This document shows, in pieces, positions 30,034 through 43,848 of a stretch of 64,000 nucleotides of DNA; position 1 is the stretch's first letter; every line of letters begins with the position of its first letter. This DNA comes from Octopus vulgaris (lineage: Eukaryota), in contig OX597823.1 of NCBI GenBank assembly GCA_951406725.2, positions 30,318,001-30,382,000 on the forward strand. Reading direction: 5' to 3'. The notes below the pieces were generated by a model, which was not told where the DNA came from, made no database searches, and was given only the letters and a program-made list of their open reading frames with translations. The position numbers and the translations under genes are program-made.

Positions 30034-30079
30034 GTAGAGACTTCGAAGTTTCGGCTTACTCGCCTTCGTCAGACTCTAC
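30034..30079 (-). ncRNA. Hammerhead-like motif (stem I out of register by 2 nt)
   Basis: GUAGAGU-CUGACGA-A-GGC(GAGUAA)GCC-GAAA-CUUCGAAG-UC-UCUAC; palindromic stem III. Confidence 0.6.
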
Positions 30080-30459
30080 ACGCACGCGCACGCGCACACA
30101 CACGTACACACGTATGTTTGTATGTATCTATTGTATGTTTCATTACATATATGTATGCTTGCATGTAAATGTGTATATCTATATCTATATCTATATATAT
30201 AGTAAATCACAAAAAGAAAAAAGCACAACGCGTGGACGTAGTACATGTAAAGTATTAGCAGACGCTAAGGGAAGGAAAGAAAGATAGTTTAACGTTTCGA
30301 ACAAAACTCTTCTTTAGAAACAGAGGAAAGTCCAATAGAAAAGGAAGACGGAGACAAAAAAAATCGCCAACGATTCACATTTGGCTACATTTAAAAAAAA
30401 AAATTTTATGCATATATATATAAAGTAGAATAATAAAGAAAGACTTCTTAGCACAGTAT

Positions 30460-30507
<48 letters not shown>

Positions 30508-30669
30508 TGAGTAGAGATGGTTTATTTGAGAGGATAATTTTTATTTTAATCTTGAAAATAAAGTTTAAAATGAACATTATTCCACTCCCTCCCCCAAAAG
30601 CCATCTCTACTTATTCTTTCAAATATATATGATACTGTACAAAGAACTCTCTCTTTACTATTCTGTTAT

Positions 30670-30953
<284 letters not shown>

Positions 30954-30954
30954 A

Positions 30955-31088
30955 TAAAGGAAGGATAGGAAAAATATTAGATCTATAAGCCCTAAAATTC
31001 ACTCCATAATTGCCACGGGCATATGGCGTAGTGGTAAAGAGCACGGGATACTAACCCCCAATATTCCGAGTTCGATTCCAGGCAGTGA

Positions 31089-31132
<44 letters not shown>

Positions 31133-31280
31133 TCGAAAAATACCTTAGGAATGAGAACCCAAGATACCTGATGAAGGGTGGAGAGTATATCAGCCGAATC
31201 GTTGTGTTAACAACAAACAAGATGAGGATAAATAACTGTCAAATGTAAATAATGTACATAATTCCTCATCTCTTAAATAT

Positions 31281-31283
<3 letters not shown>
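30955..31283 (+). mobile_element. Composite element: tRNA-like Pol III promoter + (TAA)n + hammerhead-bearing tail
   Basis: A-box TGGCGTAGTGG 31024..31034, B-box GTTCGATTCC 31070..31079; tail 31135..31283 homologous to 16345..16510; hammerhead at 31163..31208 mutated (GAAU). Confidence 0.75.
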
Positions 31284-31322
<39 letters not shown>

Positions 31323-31683
31323 GAAGAACATACACAAGAAAATACAACTACGCAAGGACGTATTAACAGACGCTCAGGGAAGGAAAGAACTGTGGTTTTA
31401 CGTTTCGAGCATAGCTCTTATTCAGAAACAGGAGAAAAAGAAGAAAAAGAAGACGTAGGAAAAAAATCGCCAACGATTCACTTGTGGTTACATTTTGAAA
31501 TTATACATAATCTTGAGATTTTACAACGAACTATTTTGCTTGTTGCAAATCAGTTACCGATGGTCGTTTTGTTTACAATATATTGCTGGCTGGAGTAGAC
31601 CCCGGCTATCGAAACTGAGATAGTCTCGCGATCCTGTAATCTGCTAGAGGATGATAGGGGTTCGCCCCCGCTGCTAGCAATAT

Positions 31684-32052
31684 ACAGGTTGCGATGGGTA
31701 AATTGTTGCCATTTTAAATTTTTCATTTGGCGCATTCGTATTGGTTGTTTTTATTTTATTTTGTTGACTACACAGTAGAGTAGGGTCAGTTGGGGACTAT
31801 TTGTGAGAAAAGCAGCACCATGACGCAATTTATACTGCCAGAAATTGGGAAACGACATGCTGTACTGCTTGGTATTCGCGTCGAAAGCTCTAATACGAGC
31901 ATATCAGAGTGCTTGGGTGTCAATTTGAAGAGAGCGTAATCTGAGGACATGTACCGAGTGATAAAATTCAGAAATCCAGTCAACATCATGGTGTTTCGAG
32001 TGATAACTAGTGATGGCGAATTCATGCCTCCATTCATCTTCCCACATGGCTC
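31684..32052 (+). mobile_element. Internally deleted Tc1/mariner (maT-like) relic
   Basis: TA-caggttgcgatgggtaaattg start; KFRNPVNIMVFRVITSDGEFMPPFIFPHG resembles DDD/E transposase segment. Confidence 0.55.
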
Positions 32053-32961
32053 AGTCTGCTGGTATGAACTAAGAGGTCAACATGTAATCTTTGAATGTAT
32101 ATCATTTTCCCTGATGATATTTTGCCCATATCTTATAAATGCAAATTTAAAGCATAAATTTGTAATCTATTTAATGAGCACAAATGGAAACAGCTGTAGG
32201 AAGTAAGAATTATCAATTTATTAATAAATAATTATTAATTAGCAACTCTTCAATTTCTCACCTTTTATCAATAGAATACGGATATATATATATATGTGTG
32301 TGTGTGTGCGTGTGTGTATGTGTGTGTGTGTGTGTAGGTATGTGTATGTATACATTTGTGTGGGTGTGGGGTGTTGGTTGGTGTCATGAGTGTGTGTATA
32401 TAAAACTACAAGATGTATCTTACTGTTAAATATCAGTAAGATATCTGAATATTAAATTTAAACTACGAATGAGAGAACAAACATAAAAACACAATAACTG
32501 AAAGTATATATACTTGGATGCACGCATGCACGCACACGTGTGTATGTATGTATGTATGTATGTATGTATGTATGTATGTATGTATGTATGTATGTATGTA
32601 TGTATGTATGTATGTATGTATGCATGTATGTATCTACATACCTGTATGCTTATGTTTATCTGTCTGCGTATGTGTTTAGCGCAAGTCTATGGTGATGTGT
32701 TTCCTTCCCGCTGTTAGTGTATTTTATTGTTGTTATCGATACGCTCCAAGTGAACTCGAGTACAGACACATTTAGTACATTCACTTCACTGTTCCACAAA
32801 CGGACATGTATGTCAAATGAGTACGCTCCATTCAATTCATTCACATCGCACTTGCCTGCGCTTTCAGCTTTTCATGTGTGTAAGTATAAATGTCTGTACA
32901 TACATACATATCTATACATGTGTGTAAATCTCTCTCTCTCTCTTTCTATCTACCTACCTAC

Positions 32962-32997
<36 letters not shown>

Positions 32998-33002
32998 ATA
33001 TA

Positions 33003-33235
33003 TATTTCTTTACTGCCCACAAGGGGCTAAATATAGAGGGGACAAACAAGGACAGACAAACGGATTAAGTCGATTACATCGACCCCAGTACGAAACTGGT
33101 ACTTTATTTATCGACCCCGAAAGGATGAAAGGCAAAGTCGACCTCGGCGGAATTTGAACTCAGAACGTAACGACAGACGAAATCCCGCCAAGCATTTCGC
33201 CCGGCGCGCTAACGTTTCTGCCAACTCGCCGCCCT
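33003..33235 (-). mobile_element. SINE family A, full length
   Basis: Complete head-body-tail in reverse complement. Confidence 0.88.
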
Positions 33236-33239
33236 TATA

Positions 33240-33345
<106 letters not shown>

Positions 33346-33351
33346 AATATG

Positions 33352-33429
<78 letters not shown>

Positions 33430-33649
33430 TATACATATACATATTTACAGATATATTGTTGGGTGGCCGTTGGCTGCCCATTAGTTCCTCCGCCATTTGA
33501 CGGGTCTTATTTTTCATCCCATAAGGTGTCCTCCTCACCAAGCAAGCCTGGTGGGGTTGCCAGTTTAGTCACCGACGACCCGACCATGCGACAGTTTGTA
33601 CTGGATGTTACCAGTAGCACTCAAGACCGACTATTTTTCTTTTTTCTTG

Positions 33650-33750
<101 letters not shown>

Positions 33751-34324
33751 TTTTAATTGCATATCTTTTACTAATTTCTACTTACATATATTATTTATAT
33801 TTGAATTGGCAAATCACATATCGTACCTTTTTATGTATGAATGAACTACTCTGCGTCGGTCACCGGAGTGATATTTGATCTCTTTATAGAGTGTTTGAGT
33901 GTCGCTTTCATGTCTGGAATGGGTTAGCTTACCTCATGGGCAGGTAGAAGCTCTTTAACCTTGGTTGGCAATCTACCTAGAAGGATATCTCCGAAATAAA
34001 AACTGAGACCTAGGAAGTTCCTGGTTTTGTTAATTTTCATGTCACACCAGCGAAATTCTTCTTAGGCCAATAGGTGGGGGTAGTGCAGTGCAAGCTACAA
34101 CCACTGAAAATTATTCATCTGCACAGGTACTTCCTGTACTCCAAATTTTACTAAAATCATTGAATTGGTTGGTTGGCAGAAACCTAAAAATGCACTTGTA
34201 ACTTACTCTAAAATATCTAAAACAGATTCAGTAAACGGCAAAAAAGGCTTGGGAACGTCATGGGAACAGGTCTGGCTCGGCAGGTGTCCCAGTGTATTAC
34301 AGGTCGGGCCCGGTCGTCATCCTG

Positions 34325-34920
34325 CCACTGCGGATGAATGCATGCCCAAACAGCTGCTTTATGGTGAGCTTGCAGAGGGAAACACTATCGCTGTAAACAT
34401 AAAAAAAGGTTTAAGGACGGCATAAGGACTACTATAAGTCACTTGGATTGGATCCAGAAGGCATAGAAACCCTTGCTTCAGATCGAGCTGGATGGCGAAG
34501 AAAAGTGTGGAATGGAGTGAAAGCATTTAAAGAGGTCAGGATAGCGCATGCAAAACTCAAAAAATATTTAAGGAAGGATGTAACGCTCAAGGTGAATCAC
34601 AATGACCTTTTTGCGTATATAGTCTGTGACAGACCATGCCTTTCTTTTGCTGGGCTCAAATCTCATTTGCGAACCCATCGAAAACGAACCTCCACCAGCT
34701 ATTCTGCCTATATGTCTGTGTACACTTTTCAATGCAATGTATGCAGATAAAGTTTGCAAATCTAACGGAGACCTCAAAAGACATTTTAAGATTCACAAAG
34801 ATCAGAATTTGTCTGCAGCTTTTGGTGGTCCAAATCAGATATGCAATCTGTGTGGGGGTATTTTCAGAACATTGTCTGGTTCAAAAATCTACATTAGATG
34901 TTATGATGCTTCTAAGGTAT
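34325..34920 (+). mobile_element. RTE-clade LINE 3' fragment with C2H2-like fingers
   Basis: PKQLLYGEL, KRFKD, ETLASDRAGWR, then CDRPCLSFAGLKSHLRTH and two further finger-like units; frameshifted. Confidence 0.8.
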
Positions 34921-34954
34921 AGCTGTTTATACTAATTTAATACACACACACACA

Positions 34955-35004
<50 letters not shown>

Positions 35005-35276
35005 TACGTGTGATCTTTCGTTATTTTTCCCTCTATACCTGCGTAAATTATTTTTGAGTATACATTGTCTGGGAGACTTTTCTTATAATAGAAGAAGTAG
35101 CTAAGATTTTTTAGCTGCTATTTCTAAAAGTTCGGTGTGTGGTAAAGTAAATTATTTTACTGAACCCTAATTATATAACGTAATGTCTTAAATATACCGT
35201 AAATGGTCTTTTTACATACTAAACACTACTTGGTAAAATTAATTAATAATTAATTAATTTTACCCTTTTATTATTG

Positions 35277-35352
<76 letters not shown>

Positions 35353-35914
35353 ATATAGAGGGATTATACATAATGCCCTCTATATATAAATTAATATGTT
35401 CAATAAGAAATATTTTCGAAATTTTTTCTCTTATGTACATATATATACATATATTGTTGGACCACTGAACCACTGGGACCACGTTGGACCACTGAACTCA
35501 ACACGTTTTTTTTTTATTCTCCGTCTATTTATTTCCTCTTATTCCTTTCTGTCAAAGAGCGTAGACTCGAAACATAAAAGACTTTTCCATTTCTCCAGAG
35601 CTTCAAGCTAATACATTTGCTTCTTGTTTCTACACTTGCCTTCGTCTTTCTAATTCTATAAATCTGAACTATATATGCGTGTGTGTTTGTGCGTGTGTGT
35701 GTGTGCGCGCGTGCATGCGAAACTGAACAGTACCAATTGGTCGATAACTGATGAAGCTTTACGGACCTTCTGTTTGTCTCCCCTTCGTTTTTACATTCAG
35801 TATACGTTACGTCGTTTGTTTATACAGTTTTCATTTAGATACATATATACACAAGCATACATACATACATACATATATATTTATGCACACACACATACAC
35901 ACACACAGACATGA

Positions 35915-36105
35915 TTGATCGCGAGCCACTATACCTTTTTCTATTTTCTCTCCCTGTTTATTTCTCCGTCCCTTTCTGTTGAAGAGTGGAGGCTCGAAAC
36001 GTAAAAGACTTTCTCACCTTCCCAAGCGTTAAACTAATATATCTGTTTGTTGCTTACACACCCGTATTCGTCATTTGTTTTGTTTGTTTGTTTTTTGTAA
36101 ATTCC

Positions 36106-36110
<5 letters not shown>
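35915..36110 (+). mobile_element. Short Penelope-pLTR-like repeat (family P2) with hammerhead-like motif at 35972..36007
   Basis: CUUU-CUGUUGA-A-GAGU(GGAG)GCUC-GAAA-CG-UA-AAAG; related copies at ~35445..35670 and ~28690..28830. Confidence 0.6.
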
Positions 36111-36870
<760 letters not shown>

Positions 36871-36904
36871 TAAACAGACAGATTGACAGACTGACAGACA
36901 GATT

Positions 36905-36989
<85 letters not shown>

Positions 36990-37174
36990 CATTTCTTAAG
37001 ACCAACCCGATGAAAGTCATACAAAAGTATATAACTTTTGTCAGTGGTTTGTATTACTACCAGGTATTTGAATATATCCGGTTAGGACTCCTCCGTGCAT
37101 ATCTTCGAGAAGGGATCCTAACCATGACATTAAAATACCGGGTTACCATATAAGCCATCGCCTTGTTTAATTAA

Positions 37175-37558
37175 TCTCTCTCTATATAAACGGCAGTTTG
37201 TCTGTGCGTGTTTCTGTGTGTCTGTTTGCTTGTACCCTCACCCTGACCACGGCTTTCAACCGATTCTGATGAAACTTGACACACACATAGCCCAATGTCA
37301 TAATTCAAAACTAACGCAGCGAAAATTTTGAAAAGTTCCCCCAGTTCTGAAAAAAATCGATAAATTCGACATGGGGTCGAGAATCAGGAATACGAACCAC
37401 AAACTGTCTAGGGGACGCAACTCTACCTTTTTAAATCTCAAAAAAAAATTTACCATCATTTTTTTCCATTTTTTTGCTATTTTTTGGCTATAACTCTCTA
37501 AAAATGCTTTATAGTTATTTCCCTTACAAACCTGAGCAACGCCGGGCGATACTGCTAG
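37175..37558 (+). mobile_element. Non-autonomous Helitron
   Basis: A|TC 5' end, gtttgtctgt subterminal repeats, 3' hairpin cctgagc-aac-gccggg and CTAG|T. Confidence 0.75.
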
Positions 37559-37952
37559 TTTTCTATAAATTGAATCGTTTTTAGCTTTATGTAGAAAATA
37601 TTCAAAACTGTTATTACTTGTTAGTACAACGAAAGAATGAAAGAAAGAAAGAAAGAAAGACAGGAAGTAAGGAAGGAAGAAAGAAAGAATGAAAACGATT
37701 GTCATTATGTCCGCCGTCCGTCCCCTGTCTCACATCGCCTCCCGTTAAAATTACCATTGTGTGTGTGTAGGGGAGGGGAAATTCAATAAAAGATATGGGA
37801 TTCACCTTTGACCTTGAAGAAAGACATGAAAATAGTATTGTTAGACCAGATGTGCAAAATGAATGGCGATGGGACAAAGAGTGACCTCTGGTCAATCAAC
37901 GTGTCACCTAGTTATTTAAGTGGCCATTGTCTCTTAAGGATGTTTGATTATA

Positions 37953-38575
37953 AAGGCGGTGAGCTGGTAGAAACGTTAGCACGCCGGACAAAATGCTTAG
38001 CGAGATTTCGTCCGTCTTCACGGTCTGAGTTCAAATTCCGCCGAGGTCGACTTTGTCTTTCATCCTTTCGGGCTCGATAAAATAAGAAGTAGTTGAACAT
38101 TGGGGTTGATGTAATCGACTTAAGCGTTCCCTAAAACTGCTGGCCTTGTGCCAAAATTTGAAATCAATAAGGCGGCGAGCTGGCAGAATCGTTAACACGC
38201 CGGACGAAATGCTTAGCAGTATTTCGTCTGTTTTTACGTTCTTAGTTCAAATTCCACTGAAGTCGACCTTGGCTTTCATCCTTTCGAAGTCGATAAATTA
38301 AGTACCAGTTGTGTACTGCGGTCGACCTAATCAACTAGCTCCCCACCCCCAAAAAATTCGGGCCTTGTGCCTAGAGTAGAAAAAATCGTTAGCACGTTCG
38401 TTAAAATGCTTGGCAAAAATGCTTGGCCCGTCGCTACGTTCTGAGTTCAAATTCCGCCGAGGTTGACGTTACTTTTTATCCTTTAGGGCTTCATAAAATA
38501 AGTTCCAGTTAAAAACACTGTGTTCAATGTAATCGACTAGTCCCCCACCAAAAGAACTTCCAGGCCTTGTGCTTT
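37953..38575 (+). mobile_element. Three tandem SINE family A copies
   Basis: Head/body motifs repeated at ~37953, ~38170, ~38386. Confidence 0.85.
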
Positions 38576-39662
38576 CCTTTTGTTGAAAGATTGTTATTGC
38601 AACCGTCTTTCGCGTTTAAAACGTGATATGGTTGAAATGGGCAACCATATCACCGAAGTAATAATGGTGATGACACCGACGACGATGATGACAATGATGA
38701 TGATGATAATGATGACCTCGACTACGGTCACGATAATGGTGATCATGATGGTGATGACGAGTTCTGAGTTCGCCTATTACGGCGGTGGTGACAAACTGTA
38801 TCGGCCCTTGTTTTACTCCCTAAACAACATCGGAAACATAGAGAGGAGAGAGCAGACATTCTACATGGACAACTAATGGTCTTCTATAAAAACAAATTCT
38901 ATAAAACCTTGCCCAAGCTTCTGCCCTCGAAATGATTTTTGCTGATGAAGAAATATACTCAATACAGACGAACGGATGCGTTAGATATTGTGCTTAAATG
39001 TGTTGCTTAATGAAATTTTAAACAAGCAGCAGTGCATTGCAAGATTCGAATCCTATTACAGGGCTATTGTGAGGGTCGTGTCCCTCGCCAAATATATATT
39101 CCTTTTGCGTCCCAGTTCATGACGTTGTATGTCCTGTAGGATGATACAAACAATTCACAGCTATGTGTATTGTGGAATGGATGTGAATTCTGTTATTTTG
39201 CAGAGAGTGGAGGTTGACTCCTCAGCTTGCGCCTATGTAACCTAAGTTTCCCTTTGATAGCTCCAGTTTTCTTTCTTGTGCTACAGAGTAAACATGGCCG
39301 CTCCGCTAGCACGAAGCCAGCAATTTCAAGGGAATGGGTAAATCGATGACATCGACCCCATTGCTCAACTGGTACTTATTTTATCGATCCCGAAAGATGA
39401 AGGGCAAAGTCGACATTGGCAAAAGTTTGCCAGGCATGCTAACGATGCTTTTCTACTCAAAGCACAAGGCCCGACATTTCTGGGGAGAAGCCCAGTCAAT
39501 AAGATCGACCCCAGTACGCAACTGGTAATTAATTTATCGACCCCGAAAGGATGAAAGGCAAAGTCGACCTCGGCGGAATTTGAACTCAGAACATAAAGAC
39601 ACACGAAATACTGCTAAGCATTTTACCCGGAGTGCTAACGTTTCTGTCAGTTCACCGTCTTT

Positions 39663-39718
<56 letters not shown>

Positions 39719-39719
<1 letters not shown>

Positions 39720-41042
39720 CTCGGCGAATGAGCAACCTCAGAAAAGGACTATTAAAACAACGAACTTAGCACCTGAGCAACTCTTGACCCCTATAAGAAC
39801 TGAAGAAGTCACCCAGGCACTGCAAAAACTAACCAACTGGAAGGCACCTGGGCACGACAAGGTCCCCAACTTCTGGTTAAAATATCTGTCAGGAATATAC
39901 AAAAAGCTGGCTGAAAATTTTAACGACATACTAGCAGAGCTAGAGACAATGCCTGAATGGCTCACGAAAGGGAAAACTATCTTAATTCCCAAATCCAATG
40001 AAACGGCAAAACCACAAAACTACAGACCTATAACCTGTCTCCCTACAATGTACAAAGCCTTTACTGCAATAACATCGCAAAGATTGAGCAAGCATCTGGA
40101 AGGAAACAACCTGTTTCCAGAAGAGCAGAAGGGATGCTGCAATGGCTCATATGGCTGTAAAGATCAACTAATGATTAATAAAGCCATAACTGAAGACAGC
40201 CGCAGAAAGAAGAAAGATCTCAGTATAGCCTGGATCGACTACCAAAAGGCTTTTGATAGTATTCCCCTCACGTGGATCCTCGAAACACTAGTCATTAACA
40301 AGGTAGCACCAATAATTATAAATTACATAAGACACTCAATGAATAAATGGCAGACAGTGCTACAGCTCCAAACAAAAGAGGGACTCGTGAAAATCAAAGC
40401 CATCCGCATTAGAAGAGGAATATTCCAGGGAGACACGCTCTCTACACCCCTTTTCTGATTGGCACTGACACCTGTATCTGATATGCTAAATAGAACTGGA
40501 TGCGGATACAAATGTTACGGCAAAACAATCAGCCACCTTTTATATATGGATGACCTAAAAATATGCGCTACAAATGATAAACAGCTGGAAAGACTACTAC
40601 ACAGAGTATATGGATTTACCAAAGAAATAGATATGAAATTAAGCCCAATAGGCCAGATATATTTGTCAGAGATCATGAAGAAAAAATGCTTTCTAATTGA
40701 TGTATAAATACCAGCAGATGACAACGTGTCTCTAAAAGAAATGGAGAAACTTTCAAAATTCAAAGACCTGGAAATAGAGGTAACTCGAATCTGGAATAAA
40801 AAAAAACAGAAACAATTCCTATCATAGTGAGCGCATTAGGTATGATAAAACAATATTCAGACAAATACATAACAAAAACACCAGGGCTTACAAATATATA
40901 TAACATACAGAAAATTGCATTACTGGGCACTGCACACATCCTACGCTAACTACTTTCAATACAGTAACCATGAGAGCATCAAAGCAAGCAACAGCTGTGC
41001 TGGGTTGTGAAGTGAAAGTACGATATAAAAATAAAACTACTG
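39719..41042 (+). mobile_element. R4/Dong-like LINE, 5'-truncated and internally deleted (RT + RLE end)
   Basis: WKAPGHD, YRPITCL, EQKG, AWIDYQKAFDS, RGIFQGD, HLLYMDDLK, then RPDI..FLIDV and same 3' UTR as 6139..6240; (TAA)n on both sides. Confidence 0.92.
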
Positions 41043-41060
41043 AATAATAATAATAATAAT

Positions 41061-41119
<59 letters not shown>

Positions 41120-41132
41120 TAATAAAAATAAA

Positions 41133-41243
<111 letters not shown>

Positions 41244-41356
41244 AATAGCAGCAACAACAACAACAACAACGACGACGACGACGACAACAACAACAGCAGC
41301 AACAACAACAACAACAACAGCAGCAGCAACAACAACGACGACGACGATACGACGAC

Positions 41357-41394
<38 letters not shown>

Positions 41395-41577
41395 TGATGA
41401 TGATGATGATGAAGGTAAGCTGAATGAGGGATGAGTCTGAATCTACAACTGTTGATAGATTTAGGTTTTCTTCAGTGTAAGTTGATCTAAAGAAACTCCG
41501 GCATCATACGTGAACGAACATTCAACGATAGGCTTTACGTAGGATTTAGTGGACAAAGGGACAAACAAATATATTAG

Positions 41578-41966
41578 AAAAATACTATTTTTAAATCTCA
41601 CAGCGAGAGATGTTCAGCAACAGTACTTTGGAGCAAAGATTGTTTACCAACATAATATGTCGGTAATGGTTTAGAACGAATGTTGTGGTGATTTAGCTCC
41701 AGGAGACATCGTCTCCAGCTGACTATACGACACGATCTGTGTCCTTATATTTTCGAACAAGGGAATCTAGAACCCCAACTCGGAAATCGTGATATACAGA
41801 TATTGTTTTGAGCTGATTTGGGGTGCTAGATTCCCTTGTTCGAAAATATAAGGACACAGATCGTGCCGTATAGCCAGCTGGAGACGATGTCTCTTGAGGC
41901 TAAATTATTTGCAACAGTCGTCCTAAACCAGGACTGCCATCTTATGTTGGCAAACAATCTTTACTC
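41578..41966. repeat. Long fold-back element (~147-bp arms)
   Basis: 41631..41777 is an imperfect reverse complement of 41819..41966; second copy at 47802..48178. Confidence 0.85.
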
Positions 41967-42575
41967 GAAACAAATATATTGTTTATATAAATAATGAATA
42001 AATAACTAAATAGATAATCATGTGAGTGAAACATTTGTAATGATGCTCATAGCGATTTTTGTGTACATCCGCATATGGGTAAAGCTGTGCATATCTCTCT
42101 ATCGATGGGTATGTAAGGCACAACATGTCCGAATAGTTAAGATGTTGGCTTCGTAAGCACAATGATCTGCGTTCGATCCTACTGACGAATGTCATTTTCT
42201 ATAATCTAGGGGTGCACCCGTAACTGAAAGTAAAATTGATGAGGCGAAAACTGTATAAAATCCTCTGGGATGATTTGTACCCTTATCATACATTGTACCA
42301 CTCTGCCTCAGAATTACGTCTAGGGTACATGTGTCTGTGAAACGCTCAGCCGCTTGCTCATTAGCCTAATGATGGAGCACCTGAGCCCTCGTCATGGAAA
42401 CCGATGGAAAGCTACCCTTGTATAACAGTATGTAGACACACGTGTCTAACTGTATATAGACGATGTCTATAGCAGTATATAGATAGGTATGGCAAGCAGC
42501 CTGCGCACTGTTGTATGAATATATTTTTAAAATTTTAGATTTATAAATTTTTAAGCTTTTAATTTTTTTATTTAT

Positions 42576-42628
<53 letters not shown>

Positions 42629-42720
42629 GCGTGTATGTAGATAAACAAATGTGTATAAATAATTATATATATACAAAATATGTGTAGATAAACAAACGTA
42701 TATATATATATATATACATA

Positions 42721-43090
42721 CAGTGATACCTCACAGTAAGAGTTTAATTTGTTCCATGATCGAGCTTGTCTTAAAATTTACTCGTTTTAAAAATCAATTT
42801 TCCCCATTGAAATTAACTAAATTATAATTAATCCGTTCCAGCCCCTCAAAAACTACTCAAAATTAATTTTTAATGGGTTTTGAAACAGAAAAGGTATAGT
42901 TACAAGTAAAATGACAATTATAGAGAATGCAAAAGGAATATGTAAACTGGTTTTATTAACTGAATTACCTTAGAGATGTATATTCGTACTGTGGATTTCC
43001 GCTCGTACTCCAAGACAAAAATTCACACAAGTCTCACTCGTACAGCAAATTACTCGTACAATGGGGCACTCGTACTGCGAGGTTCTACTG
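42721..43090. mobile_element. Tigger/pogo-type MITE
   Basis: TA-cagtgatacctcacagtaagagt ... actcgtactgcgaggttctactg-TA. Confidence 0.75.
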
Positions 43091-43314
43091 TATTTGTATA
43101 TGTATGTGTATGTGTGTGTTTCTATATGTACAACCGTATATAGACAGGTATGTAAAATGTATACGTGGGTGTTTGTGTGTATAATTCAATATAAACAGTC
43201 ATGTAGAGCAGTATTTAAACATGCTTATATAGGTAGTAGAATGGTGACGTATTTATAGGCGCTGATATACAGGTGTGTATAACTGTATAAAGACAGGTGT
43301 ATACAAGTATTTGG

Positions 43315-43537
43315 ATACCTATTTCTTTATTACCCACAAGGGGCTAAACACAGAGGGGACAAACAAGGACAGACATAGGTATTAAGTCCAGTACGTAACT
43401 GGTACTTAATTTATCGACCCCGAAAGGATGAAAGGCAAAGTCGACCGCGGCGGAATTTGAACTCACAACGTAATGCAGACGAAATACCGCTAAGCATTTC
43501 GCCCGGCGTGCTAACGTTTCTACCAGCTCGCCGCCTT
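43315..43537 (-). mobile_element. SINE family A with target-site duplication
   Basis: Family sequence flanked by tatttggatacct on both sides (~43308..43320 and ~43537..43549). Confidence 0.85.
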
Positions 43538-43848
43538 ATTTGGATACCTGTCTCTGGTTCTATATAGGCGGATGTGATAGCTGTATGTAGACAGTTGTGT
43601 GCCAGTAACTGTGTTACTGATAGAGAAACATAACCAATTTTCCCCGAGCATAGAAACAATATACAACAAACATTATAAGCTAAGCTGGAATATAAAATAA
43701 GCGTTATAGAATTAAACATTATAATATTTATATCAATAGAATAACAAATTGAAAATATCTTTAAATAATGTTAAAATACGTTTATAACTTGTTCATTACT
43801 GTGTGTATGTGTGTGTGTTACAACATTGACTTACATGGGTTAATACGT

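Noticed and set aside
31013-31092. Genuine tRNA genes here and at 52786..52855, 63080..63155
   Set aside because: A/B boxes present but acceptor stems do not close and each continues into repeat body; these are SINE-type heads
33520-33630. HDV-like ribozyme in RTE UTR-like repeat (minus strand; also ~49660..49745, ~51610..51700)
   Set aside because: P2-like CCAGU/ACUGG and CUAA are present, but I could not build P1 and P3 in any copy; needs a consensus-based search
34626-34922. Host C2H2 zinc-finger gene
   Set aside because: Contiguous with frameshifted RTE LINE sequence and lacks TGEKP linkers
39784-40458. Active reverse transcriptase gene
   Set aside because: 5'-truncated, premature stop at 40458 and internal deletion
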